Position numbers and translations under genes: made by a program. The notes beneath the pieces were generated by a model that saw nothing but the letters and a program-made list of their open reading frames with translations, did not search any database and had not been told where the DNA came from. Of a DNA stretch of 64,000 nt, positions 29,648 to 39,118 are shown piece by piece. The first letter of the stretch is position 1; the number at the start of each line of letters is the position of its first letter. The stretch spans positions 12,899-76,898 of the forward strand of contig JAFGIU010000005.1 of NCBI GenBank assembly GCA_016929445.1, in the 5' to 3' direction. The DNA is from Candidatus Omnitrophota bacterium (lineage in GTDB: Bacteria; Omnitrophota; Gorgyraeia; JAFGIU01).

Positions 29648-32600
29648 ATGTGTGAAAAACTGATCGCGTATTTTGCCGAACGGCATCTGCTGACCAATCT
29701 CATATTTCTCACGGTTCTTATCGGGGGCGTCTTTGCGTGGCAACAGACCAGCAAAGAAGAGATGCCCGCCATTACCTTCGACCATGTGCATGTATCCGTG
29801 CGTTATCCGGGAGCCCCTGCTGAGGATGTGGAGTATTTTGTCACGCGGCCCCTGGAAGAAGAGCTTCGGAATGTGGATGGGGTTTACCGTCTTACCAGCA
29901 CTTCCAGCGTGGGGCAGTCCAGCATTGATGTGGAGCTGGAAAGGGGAATCCCCAACATAGAGGAAGTCCTTACCGAAATCCGCAGCACGGTGCTCGATGT
30001 AAACCTGCCGGATGATATCATCGATGACCCCAATGTGCGGGTGTTCAAGACTGCGAAAAAGGCGATCTTGGACATCGCGCTCATTCACAAAGACGCCCGG
30101 CTGCTGGACCTCGAAACCCGCAAGCAACTCCAGGAGTACGCGCTGGCCCTGGAGACCCAACTTTTGAGCCTGCCTCAGGTCAGTGATATCAACCGCAGAG
30201 GCTACCTGCAGGAGGAAATCCAGATACGGGCCTATCCGGAACGCCTGGTCCGCTACGACATTCCCTTTAACACGGTTCTGAGGGAGATTCGGGAAAACCA
30301 CATCCGGCAGCCCGCAGGGTCCCTGGAGGCCCGGGAGGAACCCAAGGTTACGGTTCTTTCAGAGCTGGATAGTCCGGAGAAGTTTAGGGAATTCATCATC
30401 CAGGGCGGATTTGAGGGACAAGTAGTCCGGCTTGGGGAAGTCGCAGAAGTGGAATCCGGATTTGAAAAGAATGACTCCATTATCAAGGTGAATGGTCATG
30501 AGGCCGTGATCTTGAATGCGGTCAAAAGCACCTCCTCGGGAATCCTGGAGGCTCTGGATGTGGTCGAAGCGGTGGTTGGGAAGTTCCGCGTGCAGAATCT
30601 AAAAGATACGCCCATTGAATTGTTTCTTCTGGACGACGAATCCATTGATGTGCGCAACCGGCTTTCTCTCATCAGCCTGAATGGAGGGATCGGTTTCGTG
30701 CTCATTTTGGGAATGCTCTTTGTGTTTCTCAATAAGCGTTCCGGTCTTTGGGTGGCCATGGGTATTCCCTTCAGTCTTTGCGCGACCATGATCGGCGGCC
30801 ATCTGATGGGCTACACCATTAACGGGACCACGCTGGCTGCCGTCATTATTGTGCTGGGGATTGTGGTGGATGATGCCATTGTGGTGGCGGAAAACATCAA
30901 CCGGCTGCTGCGCCAAGGTGTTGCCGAGGCTAAAGCCGTTGTGGAAGGAACGTCTTTTGTTCTCTTGCCCATTGTCGCCAGCATTTTGACTACTTGCGTG
31001 GCCTTTATCCCTCTTTACTTTTTTGAAGGACGATTTGGGGCTTTTATCGAATTCATCCCTCCTGTGATTTTCTTGATGTTGGGGGCGAGTCTTTTTGAAT
31101 CGCTCTTTATTCTGCCCGCTCACATGCAGCTTCCCATGCCTCTTTTTCTCCGGCGATTCAGCGGATCAACCCGGAGGGAAGCCCCTGAGTCAAGAGAAAA
31201 GGTCCACTGGTTTGAGGGAATCGAAGATCTGTATGCAGCCTTTCTCAAGCGGGTGTTGCCGTACAGATTATTTGTCTTCCTGGGATTTGGGCTGCTTCTT
31301 GTTTTGGCGAGTGTGGTACTGACTCAAAAAATGAAGTATGAGATGTTTCCCAATGAGGAAACGCGCGATCTGGTTCTTACGGGGGAGACCCGGTCTCAGA
31401 TGACCCGGTATGAAACTGCGGAGAAAATTCAGGAAATAGAGGATGTGATTGCCCCATATTTAGGGAAGGAAGTCGTGGGGTTCCGGTCTGGAATTGCCCG
31501 GAGCCGGCGTGGAGGTTCAGCCGAAGAAAATAAATTCCGGATAACTATCGAGATCGTGCCCAAGGAGAAGCGTCGAAAGTCAGCCAATCAGCTGATTGCG
31601 GAGATCGAGCAGAAGGTTAAGGGGCTTGAGGGATACGGGAAGGTGGAGTTTCGGAAGAGCCGCTGGGGCCAGGAGTCCGGAAGTCCGATCGAGATTTTAG
31701 TCCAACAGAATAACGATGCTGTCCGCGCGCAGATCCTGGAAACCTTGGTGGAGGAGATGCAGAAGTACTCTGAATTACGCGATGTGGAAATCGACGAGGG
31801 TTTGATGATTCCGGAGTATCGAATTCGCCTGAATCGCGAAAAACTCAAGCGCTTGTCCATCAGTCCCTCCGATGTGGCATCCACCTTCAGGGCGGCTTTG
31901 GAAGGGAGTGTGCTCTACGAATTCTCCGATGGAGATGAGGAAGTCCGTGTCCGGCTGACTACGGTGGATGAGGCCAAGACGAGCATTGAGCAAGTCCTCA
32001 GGATCCCGGTGGAAAATCGCAGCAACTATCTGGTTCCTCTGGCAGATATCGTGACTGTGGAGCCCGTGATGTCGCCTAGTTCCATCGCGCGGCATGATTT
32101 AAAACGAACCTCGCGCATTTATGCCGGATTGAGTCCCGGCAGTCAGTGGACTCCTTTGGATGCGGCCGGAGTTCTTGAGAAGGAAGTCTTTCCGAAGATT
32201 CTTTCCAAATACCCAACCACGCTTTTGACCTTTGCCGGAGAGATTCAGGATACCCGGGAATCCCAGAGCGACTTTCGCAATGCGGTGATTCTGGCGCTTC
32301 TTCTGATCTACTTTATTTTGGCGATCCTCTTTGGATCCTTGATCAAACCCGTGATCATTATGCTGGTCATTCCTTTCGGCCTTGTGGGGATTATTTTAGC
32401 CTTCTATCTGCACGGCAAAATGTTGTTCGGTTTTTATGCGGCCGTGGGTGCTTTGGGATTAGCCGGAGTGGTTATCAACGATTCGATTATCATGATGGTC
32501 AAATTGGATAAGGACTTTGATCCCAAACAGTCCCCTGAAACTGTGAACCCTCAGATTGCCGAGATCGCCAAGACGCGTTTACGGGCCGTATTGCTGACCA

Positions 32601-32806
32601 CCATCACCACCGTAGTCGGTATGTTCCCCACGGCCTATGGTTTGGCCGGCTACGATGCCATGCTGGCCGAGATGATGTTGGCCCTGACCTGGGGCATGAT
32701 TTTTGGGACTCTAATCACCTTGCTGCTCATGCCTTGTGTGTATCGCGTGGGGCATGATTTCGGGCTTACGCAGTCCAAATCCCGGGAGGGGGTTCTGAGT
32801 GCTTAA
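29648..32806 (+). CDS. RND-superfamily efflux transporter permease (AcrB/CzcA-like)
   Basis: 1052 aa, 12-TM with two large periplasmic loops and conserved TM4/TM10 regions. Confidence 0.9.
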   Translation: MCEKLIAYFAERHLLTNLIFLTVLIGGVFAWQQTSKEEMPAITFDHVHVSVRYPGAPAEDVEYFVTRPLEEELRNVDGVYRLTSTSSVGQSSIDVELERGIPNIEEVLTEIRSTVLDVNLPDDIIDDPNVRVFKTAKKAILDIALIHKDARLLDLETRKQLQEYALALETQLLSLPQVSDINRRGYLQEEIQIRAYPERLVRYDIPFNTVLREIRENHIRQPAGSLEAREEPKVTVLSELDSPEKFREFIIQGGFEGQVVRLGEVAEVESGFEKNDSIIKVNGHEAVILNAVKSTSSGILEALDVVEAVVGKFRVQNLKDTPIELFLLDDESIDVRNRLSLISLNGGIGFVLILGMLFVFLNKRSGLWVAMGIPFSLCATMIGGHLMGYTINGTTLAAVIIVLGIVVDDAIVVAENINRLLRQGVAEAKAVVEGTSFVLLPIVASILTTCVAFIPLYFFEGRFGAFIEFIPPVIFLMLGASLFESLFILPAHMQLPMPLFLRRFSGSTRREAPESREKVHWFEGIEDLYAAFLKRVLPYRLFVFLGFGLLLVLASVVLTQKMKYEMFPNEETRDLVLTGETRSQMTRYETAEKIQEIEDVIAPYLGKEVVGFRSGIARSRRGGSAEENKFRITIEIVPKEKRRKSANQLIAEIEQKVKGLEGYGKVEFRKSRWGQESGSPIEILVQQNNDAVRAQILETLVEEMQKYSELRDVEIDEGLMIPEYRIRLNREKLKRLSISPSDVASTFRAALEGSVLYEFSDGDEEVRVRLTTVDEAKTSIEQVLRIPVENRSNYLVPLADIVTVEPVMSPSSIARHDLKRTSRIYAGLSPGSQWTPLDAAGVLEKEVFPKILSKYPTTLLTFAGEIQDTRESQSDFRNAVILALLLIYFILAILFGSLIKPVIIMLVIPFGLVGIILAFYLHGKMLFGFYAAVGALGLAGVVINDSIIMMVKLDKDFDPKQSPETVNPQIAEIAKTRLRAVLLTTITTVVGMFPTAYGLAGYDAMLAEMMLALTWGMIFGTLITLLLMPCVYRVGHDFGLTQSKSREGVLSA

Positions 32807-34223
32807 GCGCTGCCAATGGATCCCGATTCTGAGTCTTGGAATTCTCCTTCTATTGGGAACAAGTCAGGGACGTTCTCAAACCCGGGACACAGTCTCCCCA
32901 CAAAAACTCAGCCTGCAGCAATTCCTGACAAAGGCGACGCAGGAGGACACGGAATTCGAGCGTATCCTCATTGAGGAGCTCGCCCTCAAGTATCAAAAGG
33001 CCCTCCGGCTGCCGGCCCGGGATTTGGTGCTCTCCGTCAAAGGGCAGTACGCCTTTTACCTGAATCAAGGAAGGGAAGAGCCCGATGTGTCCATGGGCCT
33101 GAGCAAGCTTTTTCCGCATACAGGGACGGAGATCAGCGTGGATTATTCCGCGAGCCCCAGATTCACCAACACGGATAGCAGTTCGTCGGTTGGGCTGACC
33201 CTCTCTCAGCCGATTGCCGAAAACGCCTTTGGCAGGTCCACCCGGCTCCTGGATAAGATCGTGGGGCTTGAAGTCGAGGTGGCGCGCCACCAGATCGTGG
33301 AAGCCTATGAAGATTACATGGCCACGCTGATTGAGGCCTACCTGGTTTGGGATGAGGCCTATGAGAATGTCGAGATCGGGGAGTCTTCTTACCGCGAAAA
33401 TCTCAAGCTTTTGGACAATATCAAGGAGCGCCAAGGCAGCAGCATTGCCAAGGAAATCGACGTCAACAAGATCACGCTGCAGGTTATGGCGAAACGGGAA
33501 AAACTCTTGGAATTGCAAAACACTTACCGGCGCGCGGAAAATGTGATTTTGACTGCGATGCGCGCCCCGGATGACGCGGAATACGTTCCAAACTTGCCTG
33601 ATCCCTTTGCGGGCCCGGAGAATGATTTTATCCAGGACTATACGGAGTTCCGGAATCAGAGCCGGACCTACCAGGTGCTGGACTTGCTGGAGCAAAAAAG
33701 CGGTCTGGAAGTGGCTCGCGAAGCGGACGATTTGCTGCCCTCCATTAACCTCCTGCTGAGTTATGAACTGCAGGGAGAAGAATTCCAAGTCGTGCGGGAG
33801 GACAGCGTGCTATTCGCAGGCTTCAGTGTGGAGTGGCCGTTTCCGGACCAGGTGGACGGCGCAGAGCATGAGCTCAGCAAGATTGAGCGGCGGCGCACAG
33901 AACTCGACGTGGAAAATACGCATTTCCGGCTGTACACCCAGATCCGGAATCTGCGCTTGGAGATTGACCGCGAACGGGAACTGGCTGCGATCGCCAACGA
34001 AAAGATCGCGCTTTCCCGATCTGTCTTGGAGGATGAATCCGAGAACTACACCTACGGAAAGGTCACCCTCAACGACTATATCCAAGCCGTCAATGGTCTG
34101 GACACCAACCGCTTTAATCTTGTGCTGCACCAGGTGCGCTTGCAAGAGCTCATTTTGGAATGGCAGCGCTTGACCGACCGTCTGGTTTCTCCCGAACAGA
34201 TCCAGGAAAAGCATTCCCAATAG
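32799..34223 (+). CDS. TolC-family outer-membrane efflux protein
   Basis: Signal peptide, a two-repeat alpha-helical/beta-barrel pattern, ~470 aa. Overlaps the RND stop by 8 nt. Confidence 0.7.
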   Translation: MLKRCQWIPILSLGILLLLGTSQGRSQTRDTVSPQKLSLQQFLTKATQEDTEFERILIEELALKYQKALRLPARDLVLSVKGQYAFYLNQGREEPDVSMGLSKLFPHTGTEISVDYSASPRFTNTDSSSSVGLTLSQPIAENAFGRSTRLLDKIVGLEVEVARHQIVEAYEDYMATLIEAYLVWDEAYENVEIGESSYRENLKLLDNIKERQGSSIAKEIDVNKITLQVMAKREKLLELQNTYRRAENVILTAMRAPDDAEYVPNLPDPFAGPENDFIQDYTEFRNQSRTYQVLDLLEQKSGLEVAREADDLLPSINLLLSYELQGEEFQVVREDSVLFAGFSVEWPFPDQVDGAEHELSKIERRRTELDVENTHFRLYTQIRNLRLEIDRERELAAIANEKIALSRSVLEDESENYTYGKVTLNDYIQAVNGLDTNRFNLVLHQVRLQELILEWQRLTDRLVSPEQIQEKHSQ

Positions 34224-34305
34224 AAGTTTTGACAGACATTGAATCAAGGGGTAGTCTGTCAGATCCGGACCAACCCAATTTGAGATTTCAACAGGAGATT
34301 GATCC

Positions 34306-35304
34306 ATGGCCTATCTGACACAAGACAAGCTCGTGATTGCCGGTGCGGCCGGCATGATTGGTTCCAATATGATGCAATCCGTTCTCACCCAGCGACTGAC
34401 GCCCAATGTCTGCGGGTATGATCCCTTTGCCAAAGGGCTCGAGGGAGCGGCGGAGGAGATGTATCATTGCGGGTTTGAAGGGGCCAATCTCACCTGGACC
34501 ACAGACATCGCGAAGGCTTTTAAGGGAGCCAAGTACATCATTTCTTCCGGGGGCGCGCCCCGCAAGGAGGGCATGACCCGCGAGGACCTCCTCAAGGGAA
34601 ACGCCGAGATCGCCGCCCAGCTGGGCAAGGACATTAAGCAGTACTGTCCGGATCTCAAAATCCTCAACATTATCTTTAACCCGGCGGATGTTACGGGCTT
34701 GATTGCTTTGGTGCACTCGGGCCTGGAACCCAAGCGGGTTATGACCCTTGCCGGCCTGGACAGCACGCGTTTGCAGACAGCCTTGAGCCAGCACTTTGGT
34801 GTTCCCCAGGACGATGTCACGGGTTGCCGCACCTATGGCGGCCATGGCGAAATGATGGCCGTTTTTTCCTCTACCGTGAAGGTTCAGGGCAAGGCCTTGG
34901 ACGATTTGATCGGGACCGATGCCCTCCCTGAGGAAAAGTGGGCGGAGATCCGCCAGCATGTGATTCAGGGAGGCAAGCGCGTGATCCAGCTCCGGGGCCG
35001 GTCCTCCTTCCAGAGTCCCAGCCATCAGGCTGTTGCGATGGTGGCCGCGGCCATGGGCGGAAAAGCCTATCCTTGGCCCTGCGGCGGGTACATCAATTCA
35101 GACGGATTCGGGCACACCTTGATGGCTTTGGAGAGCAAAATCACCCAGAACGGGGTGAAATACTCACTGCCCAAGGGCACGGCAGCGGAGATGGCCGCTT
35201 TGAAGGAATCTTACAAGCACCTGGCCAAACTGCGTGACGAAGTCATTGAGATGGGGATCTTGCCTCCCACATCCGAGTGGTCCGAGGTCAATCCGAATCT
35301 CTAG
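34306..35304 (+). CDS. mdh: NAD-dependent malate dehydrogenase (LDH/MDH superfamily, MDH type 2)
   Basis: Rossmann motif LVIAGAAGMIGSNMM, a substrate-binding Arg cluster, and ~330-aa length. Confidence 0.65.
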   Translation: MAYLTQDKLVIAGAAGMIGSNMMQSVLTQRLTPNVCGYDPFAKGLEGAAEEMYHCGFEGANLTWTTDIAKAFKGAKYIISSGGAPRKEGMTREDLLKGNAEIAAQLGKDIKQYCPDLKILNIIFNPADVTGLIALVHSGLEPKRVMTLAGLDSTRLQTALSQHFGVPQDDVTGCRTYGGHGEMMAVFSSTVKVQGKALDDLIGTDALPEEKWAEIRQHVIQGGKRVIQLRGRSSFQSPSHQAVAMVAAAMGGKAYPWPCGGYINSDGFGHTLMALESKITQNGVKYSLPKGTAAEMAALKESYKHLAKLRDEVIEMGILPPTSEWSEVNPNL

Positions 35305-35322
35305 GATTTAATACAGGCACAG

Positions 35323-36756
35323 ATGAACTCCTCCAAACCGGCCCAGGGCGGGATGCGTGAGGTCATCGGCGTTGCTCTCCCGATGATGGTTTCCCACGCC
35401 TGCGATACGGTCATGACTTTCACGGACCGCATGTTTTTGTCCCGCCTGGGTCCGGATCTGATGAACGCCTCGATGGCCGGCGGCCTCAGTGCTTATATGA
35501 TGATGGCCTTTTTCCTCGGCCTCACAGGCTATGCAACGGCCGTGATCGCGCAGAATCTGGGCGCGGGCCGCAAAGATCGCTGCTCCATTACGCTGAGCCA
35601 GGCAGTCCTCATTGCCTGCGTCGCCTATCCCATCCTCTTGCTTTGCAGACCTTTGATGCACAGCCTTTTTGAGGCCACGGGGATCGGAGCTGCGCAGCTT
35701 GCGCCGCAAAAGCTCTACTTCAATATCCTGCTTAGCGCCGTGATTCTGAGTCTGTTGCGTCAATGCCTGAGCAGTTTCTTCTCGGGTATCGGCCGGACGC
35801 GGATTGTGATGCTGGCTTCCCTGGTGACCCTGCTCGTCAATGTGGGGGTCAATTACCTTCTTATTTTTGGAAAGCTGGGCTTCCCTGCCTTGGGTATTCA
35901 GGGAGCGGCTTATGGCACGATTACAGGCACGGTCTGCGGCTTGGCCATTCTCCTGAGCTCTTATTTGAGCGCGGCCAACCGCCGGGAATTTGGAATTGAC
36001 CGTTCTCTGCGTTTTGACTCCCAGGTGATGCGCACCTTGTTGCGCTTTGGGTACCCGGCCGGGGTGGAGATGTTTCTGAACCTCCTGGCCTTTACCCTGA
36101 TCGTCTTACTTTTTCATAGTGCGGGGGAGGTCTCGGCCACTGCTGCGACGCTCATGTTCAATTGGGATATGGTTTCCTTTGTGCCGCTCATTGGCGTGGA
36201 GATCGGAGTGACGAGCTTGGTGGGCCGTTACATGGGCGCGCGCGATCCGGAAACAGCCCACCGGGCCACCATGTCGGGGCTAAAGGTGGGCTGGATGTAC
36301 TCCCTGGTAATTCTCCTGTTCTTTGTGTGCTTTCCGGGCCTGCTCGTGGACTTGTTCCACACAAGCGATGCAGGAGGGGTGTTTGCCCGGGCCCGGCCCA
36401 CGGCAGTGTTCATGGTGCGCACAGCCTCTCTCTATGTCATGGTCGAGGCGGTATTGGTGGTGTTTATCGGAGCCCTGCGCGGAGCCGGGGACACTTTCTG
36501 GACCATGTGCTATTCCGTTACTTTGCACTGGATCCTCGCCCCGGTCGTGTTTGTGATGCTCAAAGTGGTGGGGGCCAGCCCCGAAGCCGCCTGGGTGGCC
36601 CTGGTCCTCAGCTTCTTGCTGCTGACAATTCCGCTGATTTTGCGCTATCTCGGCGGCTCCTGGAAAACAATCCGGATGCTGCCCGGCGAAACCGAAGCCG
36701 TGGCCGCTACTGCTGCTATCATCCCAGACACCTTCCACGAACCCCCCGACCTTTAG
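35323..36756 (+). CDS. MATE-family efflux transporter
   Basis: 12-TM protein with the typical MATE N-terminus (EVIGVALPMMVSHACDTVMTFTDRMFLSRLG) and duplicated 6-TM halves. Confidence 0.85.
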   Translation: MNSSKPAQGGMREVIGVALPMMVSHACDTVMTFTDRMFLSRLGPDLMNASMAGGLSAYMMMAFFLGLTGYATAVIAQNLGAGRKDRCSITLSQAVLIACVAYPILLLCRPLMHSLFEATGIGAAQLAPQKLYFNILLSAVILSLLRQCLSSFFSGIGRTRIVMLASLVTLLVNVGVNYLLIFGKLGFPALGIQGAAYGTITGTVCGLAILLSSYLSAANRREFGIDRSLRFDSQVMRTLLRFGYPAGVEMFLNLLAFTLIVLLFHSAGEVSATAATLMFNWDMVSFVPLIGVEIGVTSLVGRYMGARDPETAHRATMSGLKVGWMYSLVILLFFVCFPGLLVDLFHTSDAGGVFARARPTAVFMVRTASLYVMVEAVLVVFIGALRGAGDTFWTMCYSVTLHWILAPVVFVMLKVVGASPEAAWVALVLSFLLLTIPLILRYLGGSWKTIRMLPGETEAVAATAAIIPDTFHEPPDL

Positions 36757-36810
36757 GGACAGGTCTCGCTTACCCCTGTGACCATAACGAGTTGGGCGAG
36801 AACCGTCCCC
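36756..36810. repeat. REP-like palindromic element, copy C1
   Basis: GGGACAGGTCTCGCTTACCCCTGTGACCATAACGAGTTGGGCGAGAACCGTCCCC, starting at the G of the MATE stop codon. Confidence 0.7.
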
Positions 36811-36871
36811 CTCCGACCTGCTTTGAACCCACTGTCTTGAGGACAGCATTCGTTATGATTGATCTGGGCAA

Positions 36872-36926
36872 GGGGACGACCCTTTCGCAATTCGTTGTCT
36901 CGTATGGGGATAGCGAGAACCGTCCC
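36872..36926. repeat. REP-like palindromic element, copy C2 (inverted; forms a pair with C1)
   Basis: GGGGACGACCCTTTCGCAATTCGTTGTCTCGTATGGGGATAGCGAGAACCGTCCC. Its last base is the first base of the mipA stop codon on the opposite strand. Confidence 0.7.
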
Positions 36927-37696
36927 TAAAAGGTGTAGGTAAGGAAAGACCCGCCCGTGAACTGGTTTTCTTTTGCGACTACAGGACTGTCTGCCGCATC
37001 CCCCACCAGGCGTGAGTAGCTCACAAAGCCCACCACAGACCAGTGATTATCCAGGCGGTGCAGCACCCGCAGTGAAGCGCCGACATCTTTAATGCCCGAT
37101 TCCACATCGTAGAAGGCCAGAGAAGAACGCACAGCTTGCAGGTGATCCACGCCAAAATAACTTTCCATGTAGTTTTCACTGGCAAAAGTGGCATTTAAGG
37201 AAGGCATCAAGAAGGTTGAGTGATCGGGGAGCGCGAACTTAGATCCCAAGCTTCCGCCGAGGGTGAAGCCTCCATGCCCATCGGCGATGTCTTGGGCAAA
37301 GTCCAATCCAAATGTCAGGGGATCCAGCTTGTATTCTGCAAAGAGCCCCAGTTCTACGGTCTCGCCCACATCTCCCATTCCCTGTAAGAGAGCATCGTCT
37401 TCTTCGTCCCGGCCAAAGTCGAAACCCAAGGCAGTCCCTACAGTAAGTTCTTCATTTTTGTAGAGATCCAAGCCGATTCCCCGCCAGGGATTCAAGAAAA
37501 AGCGGTCCTTATACTTGAGATCGATGTAAGGTAGCGGCCAGCCTTCATAACTGTCGCTGCCCTCGTATTCAGGGCGAATTATTCCGCCCAAGCCCAGCGT
37601 GACCTTCCAGTTCGAATCCGGGGAGGTTTCGTAAGCAAGCGCCGGTGCGTTAGAAGCCAAAAAAAGTACAGTGATCAAGCAGAGTATCTTTTTCAC
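36926..37696 (-). CDS. mipA: MipA/OmpV-family outer-membrane protein
   Basis: Signal peptide MKKILCLITVLFLASNAPALA, a beta-strand-rich body, and a C-terminal aromatic residue (TYTF). GTG start at 37696 with GGAGGG 8 nt upstream; a TTG at 37717 is the alternative. Confidence 0.7.
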   Translation of the reverse strand: MKKILCLITVLFLASNAPALAYETSPDSNWKVTLGLGGIIRPEYEGSDSYEGWPLPYIDLKYKDRFFLNPWRGIGLDLYKNEELTVGTALGFDFGRDEEDDALLQGMGDVGETVELGLFAEYKLDPLTFGLDFAQDIADGHGGFTLGGSLGSKFALPDHSTFLMPSLNATFASENYMESYFGVDHLQAVRSSLAFYDVESGIKDVGASLRVLHRLDNHWSVVGFVSYSRLVGDAADSPVVAKENQFTGGSFLTYTF

Positions 37697-38015
37697 AGTG
37701 GATGCCCTCCAAAGCAATAAAGGAGAATAGCAGATTTGTTTTCAGCCGTCTACTTTGTAAGTTAATTAGAATTAGGCGATTAGGTGCCGGCGCCCCCCTA
37801 CCCAGGACATCTTAGGGCGGCCGCATTTCGACCAGCCTCTTTTAGATGCAATAGCCGAATCTCTGCCGTTTATTGTAGACTGACTCCTGTTGCTTGCGAG
37901 GGGCATCGAAACCAAGGAGCGTTCAATGTCTCGCTGTTCATCAAGAGTTATCCGGATCCAAACCGTGAGACCTTAGCTCAATCAATGGATGTGCCGTGAG
38001 TTACCGAGGATAGAG

Positions 38016-38417
38016 ATGAAAATTGACGATATTTCAGTTCAAGTGGGCGAAAGTTCCGTGCCGCTGAGGTCTTTGGTGCGCCAATTGGTGAAAGAGTGTG
38101 CCGGAGAGATTCTGGATGAGCAGCGTGCATCCGAGATGATTGAAGGTCTCGGAAACAAATGGCAGGGCGGCACGTTAATACTTAAGCCTGAAAATGTTGA
38201 ACAGCAAGCAAAAGAAGTGCCTATTGAAACCTTCTTTCACAAAATCGTGATGGTCCGGAACAATCTCCGGGTGCTTGAGCAAAAGATCAATTCGAATGAC
38301 AAGCTTGCCGATGCTGAAAAGGTCGAGCTTCAGCAGTACATCACGCGCAGTTACGGTTCCTTGACCACGTTCAATGTGCTCTTCAAGAGCAAGGCGGATC
38401 ACTTTAAGAGCTCCTAG
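38016..38417 (+). CDS. hypothetical protein
   Basis: ~133-aa helical ORF with no recognisable family. Confidence 0.3.
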   Translation: MKIDDISVQVGESSVPLRSLVRQLVKECAGEILDEQRASEMIEGLGNKWQGGTLILKPENVEQQAKEVPIETFFHKIVMVRNNLRVLEQKINSNDKLADAEKVELQQYITRSYGSLTTFNVLFKSKADHFKSS

Positions 38418-38536
38418 GAAAGCGAGAAGGCGGGAGGATCCTGAGAAGGGCAAGATGGGCCCTCTTGACTCACTGGGTCTTCTCGTGTCGAATAGTAAAT
38501 CGTTTGGTTCACAAACCGGAAACGAGGAGGTTTGAT

Positions 38537-39022
38537 ATGGCAGTACAGGCAGGGATCCCCATGGATATTGGGATTGAAGAAAAGGGCAGGCAGGAGATTG
38601 CCCAAGGTTTATCGCGTTTACTGGCAGACAGTTATACGCTTTACATCAAGACCCACAACTTCCACTGGAATGTGACGGGTCCGATGTTCCAGGCCTTGCA
38701 TTCCATGTTTGAGGTTCAGTATACAGAGTTGGCCACCGCAGTCGATGAGATTGCCGAGCGCATTCGGGCCCTGGGTGTGATTGCGCCGGGCTCCTATGCG
38801 GAATTCTCCAAGCTTGCGAGCGTCAAAGAAAGTTCCGGTGATTTGAGTGCCGCGGAGATGCTGCGCTCTTTGGTGGAAAGTCAGGAAGCGGTGATCCGGA
38901 CCGCTAGGTCTGTGTTCCCTGCGGCCGAAAAAGCGAATGATCAATCCACCGCAGATCTGCTGACACGGCGTTTGGAGATCCATGAAAAAACCGCATGGAT
39001 GCTGCGGAGCATGTTGGAATAA
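38537..39022 (+). CDS. dps: DNA-binding ferritin-like protein Dps
   Basis: Ferroxidase-centre residues (HWNVTGPMF...HSMFEVQYTEL...DEIAERI) and ~160 aa. SD AGGAGG. Confidence 0.9.
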   Translation: MAVQAGIPMDIGIEEKGRQEIAQGLSRLLADSYTLYIKTHNFHWNVTGPMFQALHSMFEVQYTELATAVDEIAERIRALGVIAPGSYAEFSKLASVKESSGDLSAAEMLRSLVESQEAVIRTARSVFPAAEKANDQSTADLLTRRLEIHEKTAWMLRSMLE

Positions 39023-39059
39023 AGCCGGCCAAGATCGGAAAGGGAATACCTTTCAGCAG

Positions 39060-39096
39060 CCCACCTCAGCCTGTAAACTGGGGTGGGTTTGCTTTG
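39060..39096 (+). terminator. probable intrinsic terminator after dps
   Basis: CCCACCTCAG-N8-CTGGGGTGGG stem followed by TTTGCTTTG. Confidence 0.45.
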
Positions 39097-39118
39097 AAAT
39101 AGGAGCGATAACCTGAAA

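Noticed and set aside
32850-33788. 312-aa minus-strand ORF
   Set aside because: Antisense to the TolC-family gene, with no motifs. The + strand TolC reading frame has the coherent signal peptide and repeat structure.
36162-36929. 255-aa + strand ORF (G/R/P-rich)
   Set aside because: It is an alternative frame of the MATE transporter gene running through REP copies C1 and C2. The low-complexity G/R/P composition is typical of an off-frame translation.
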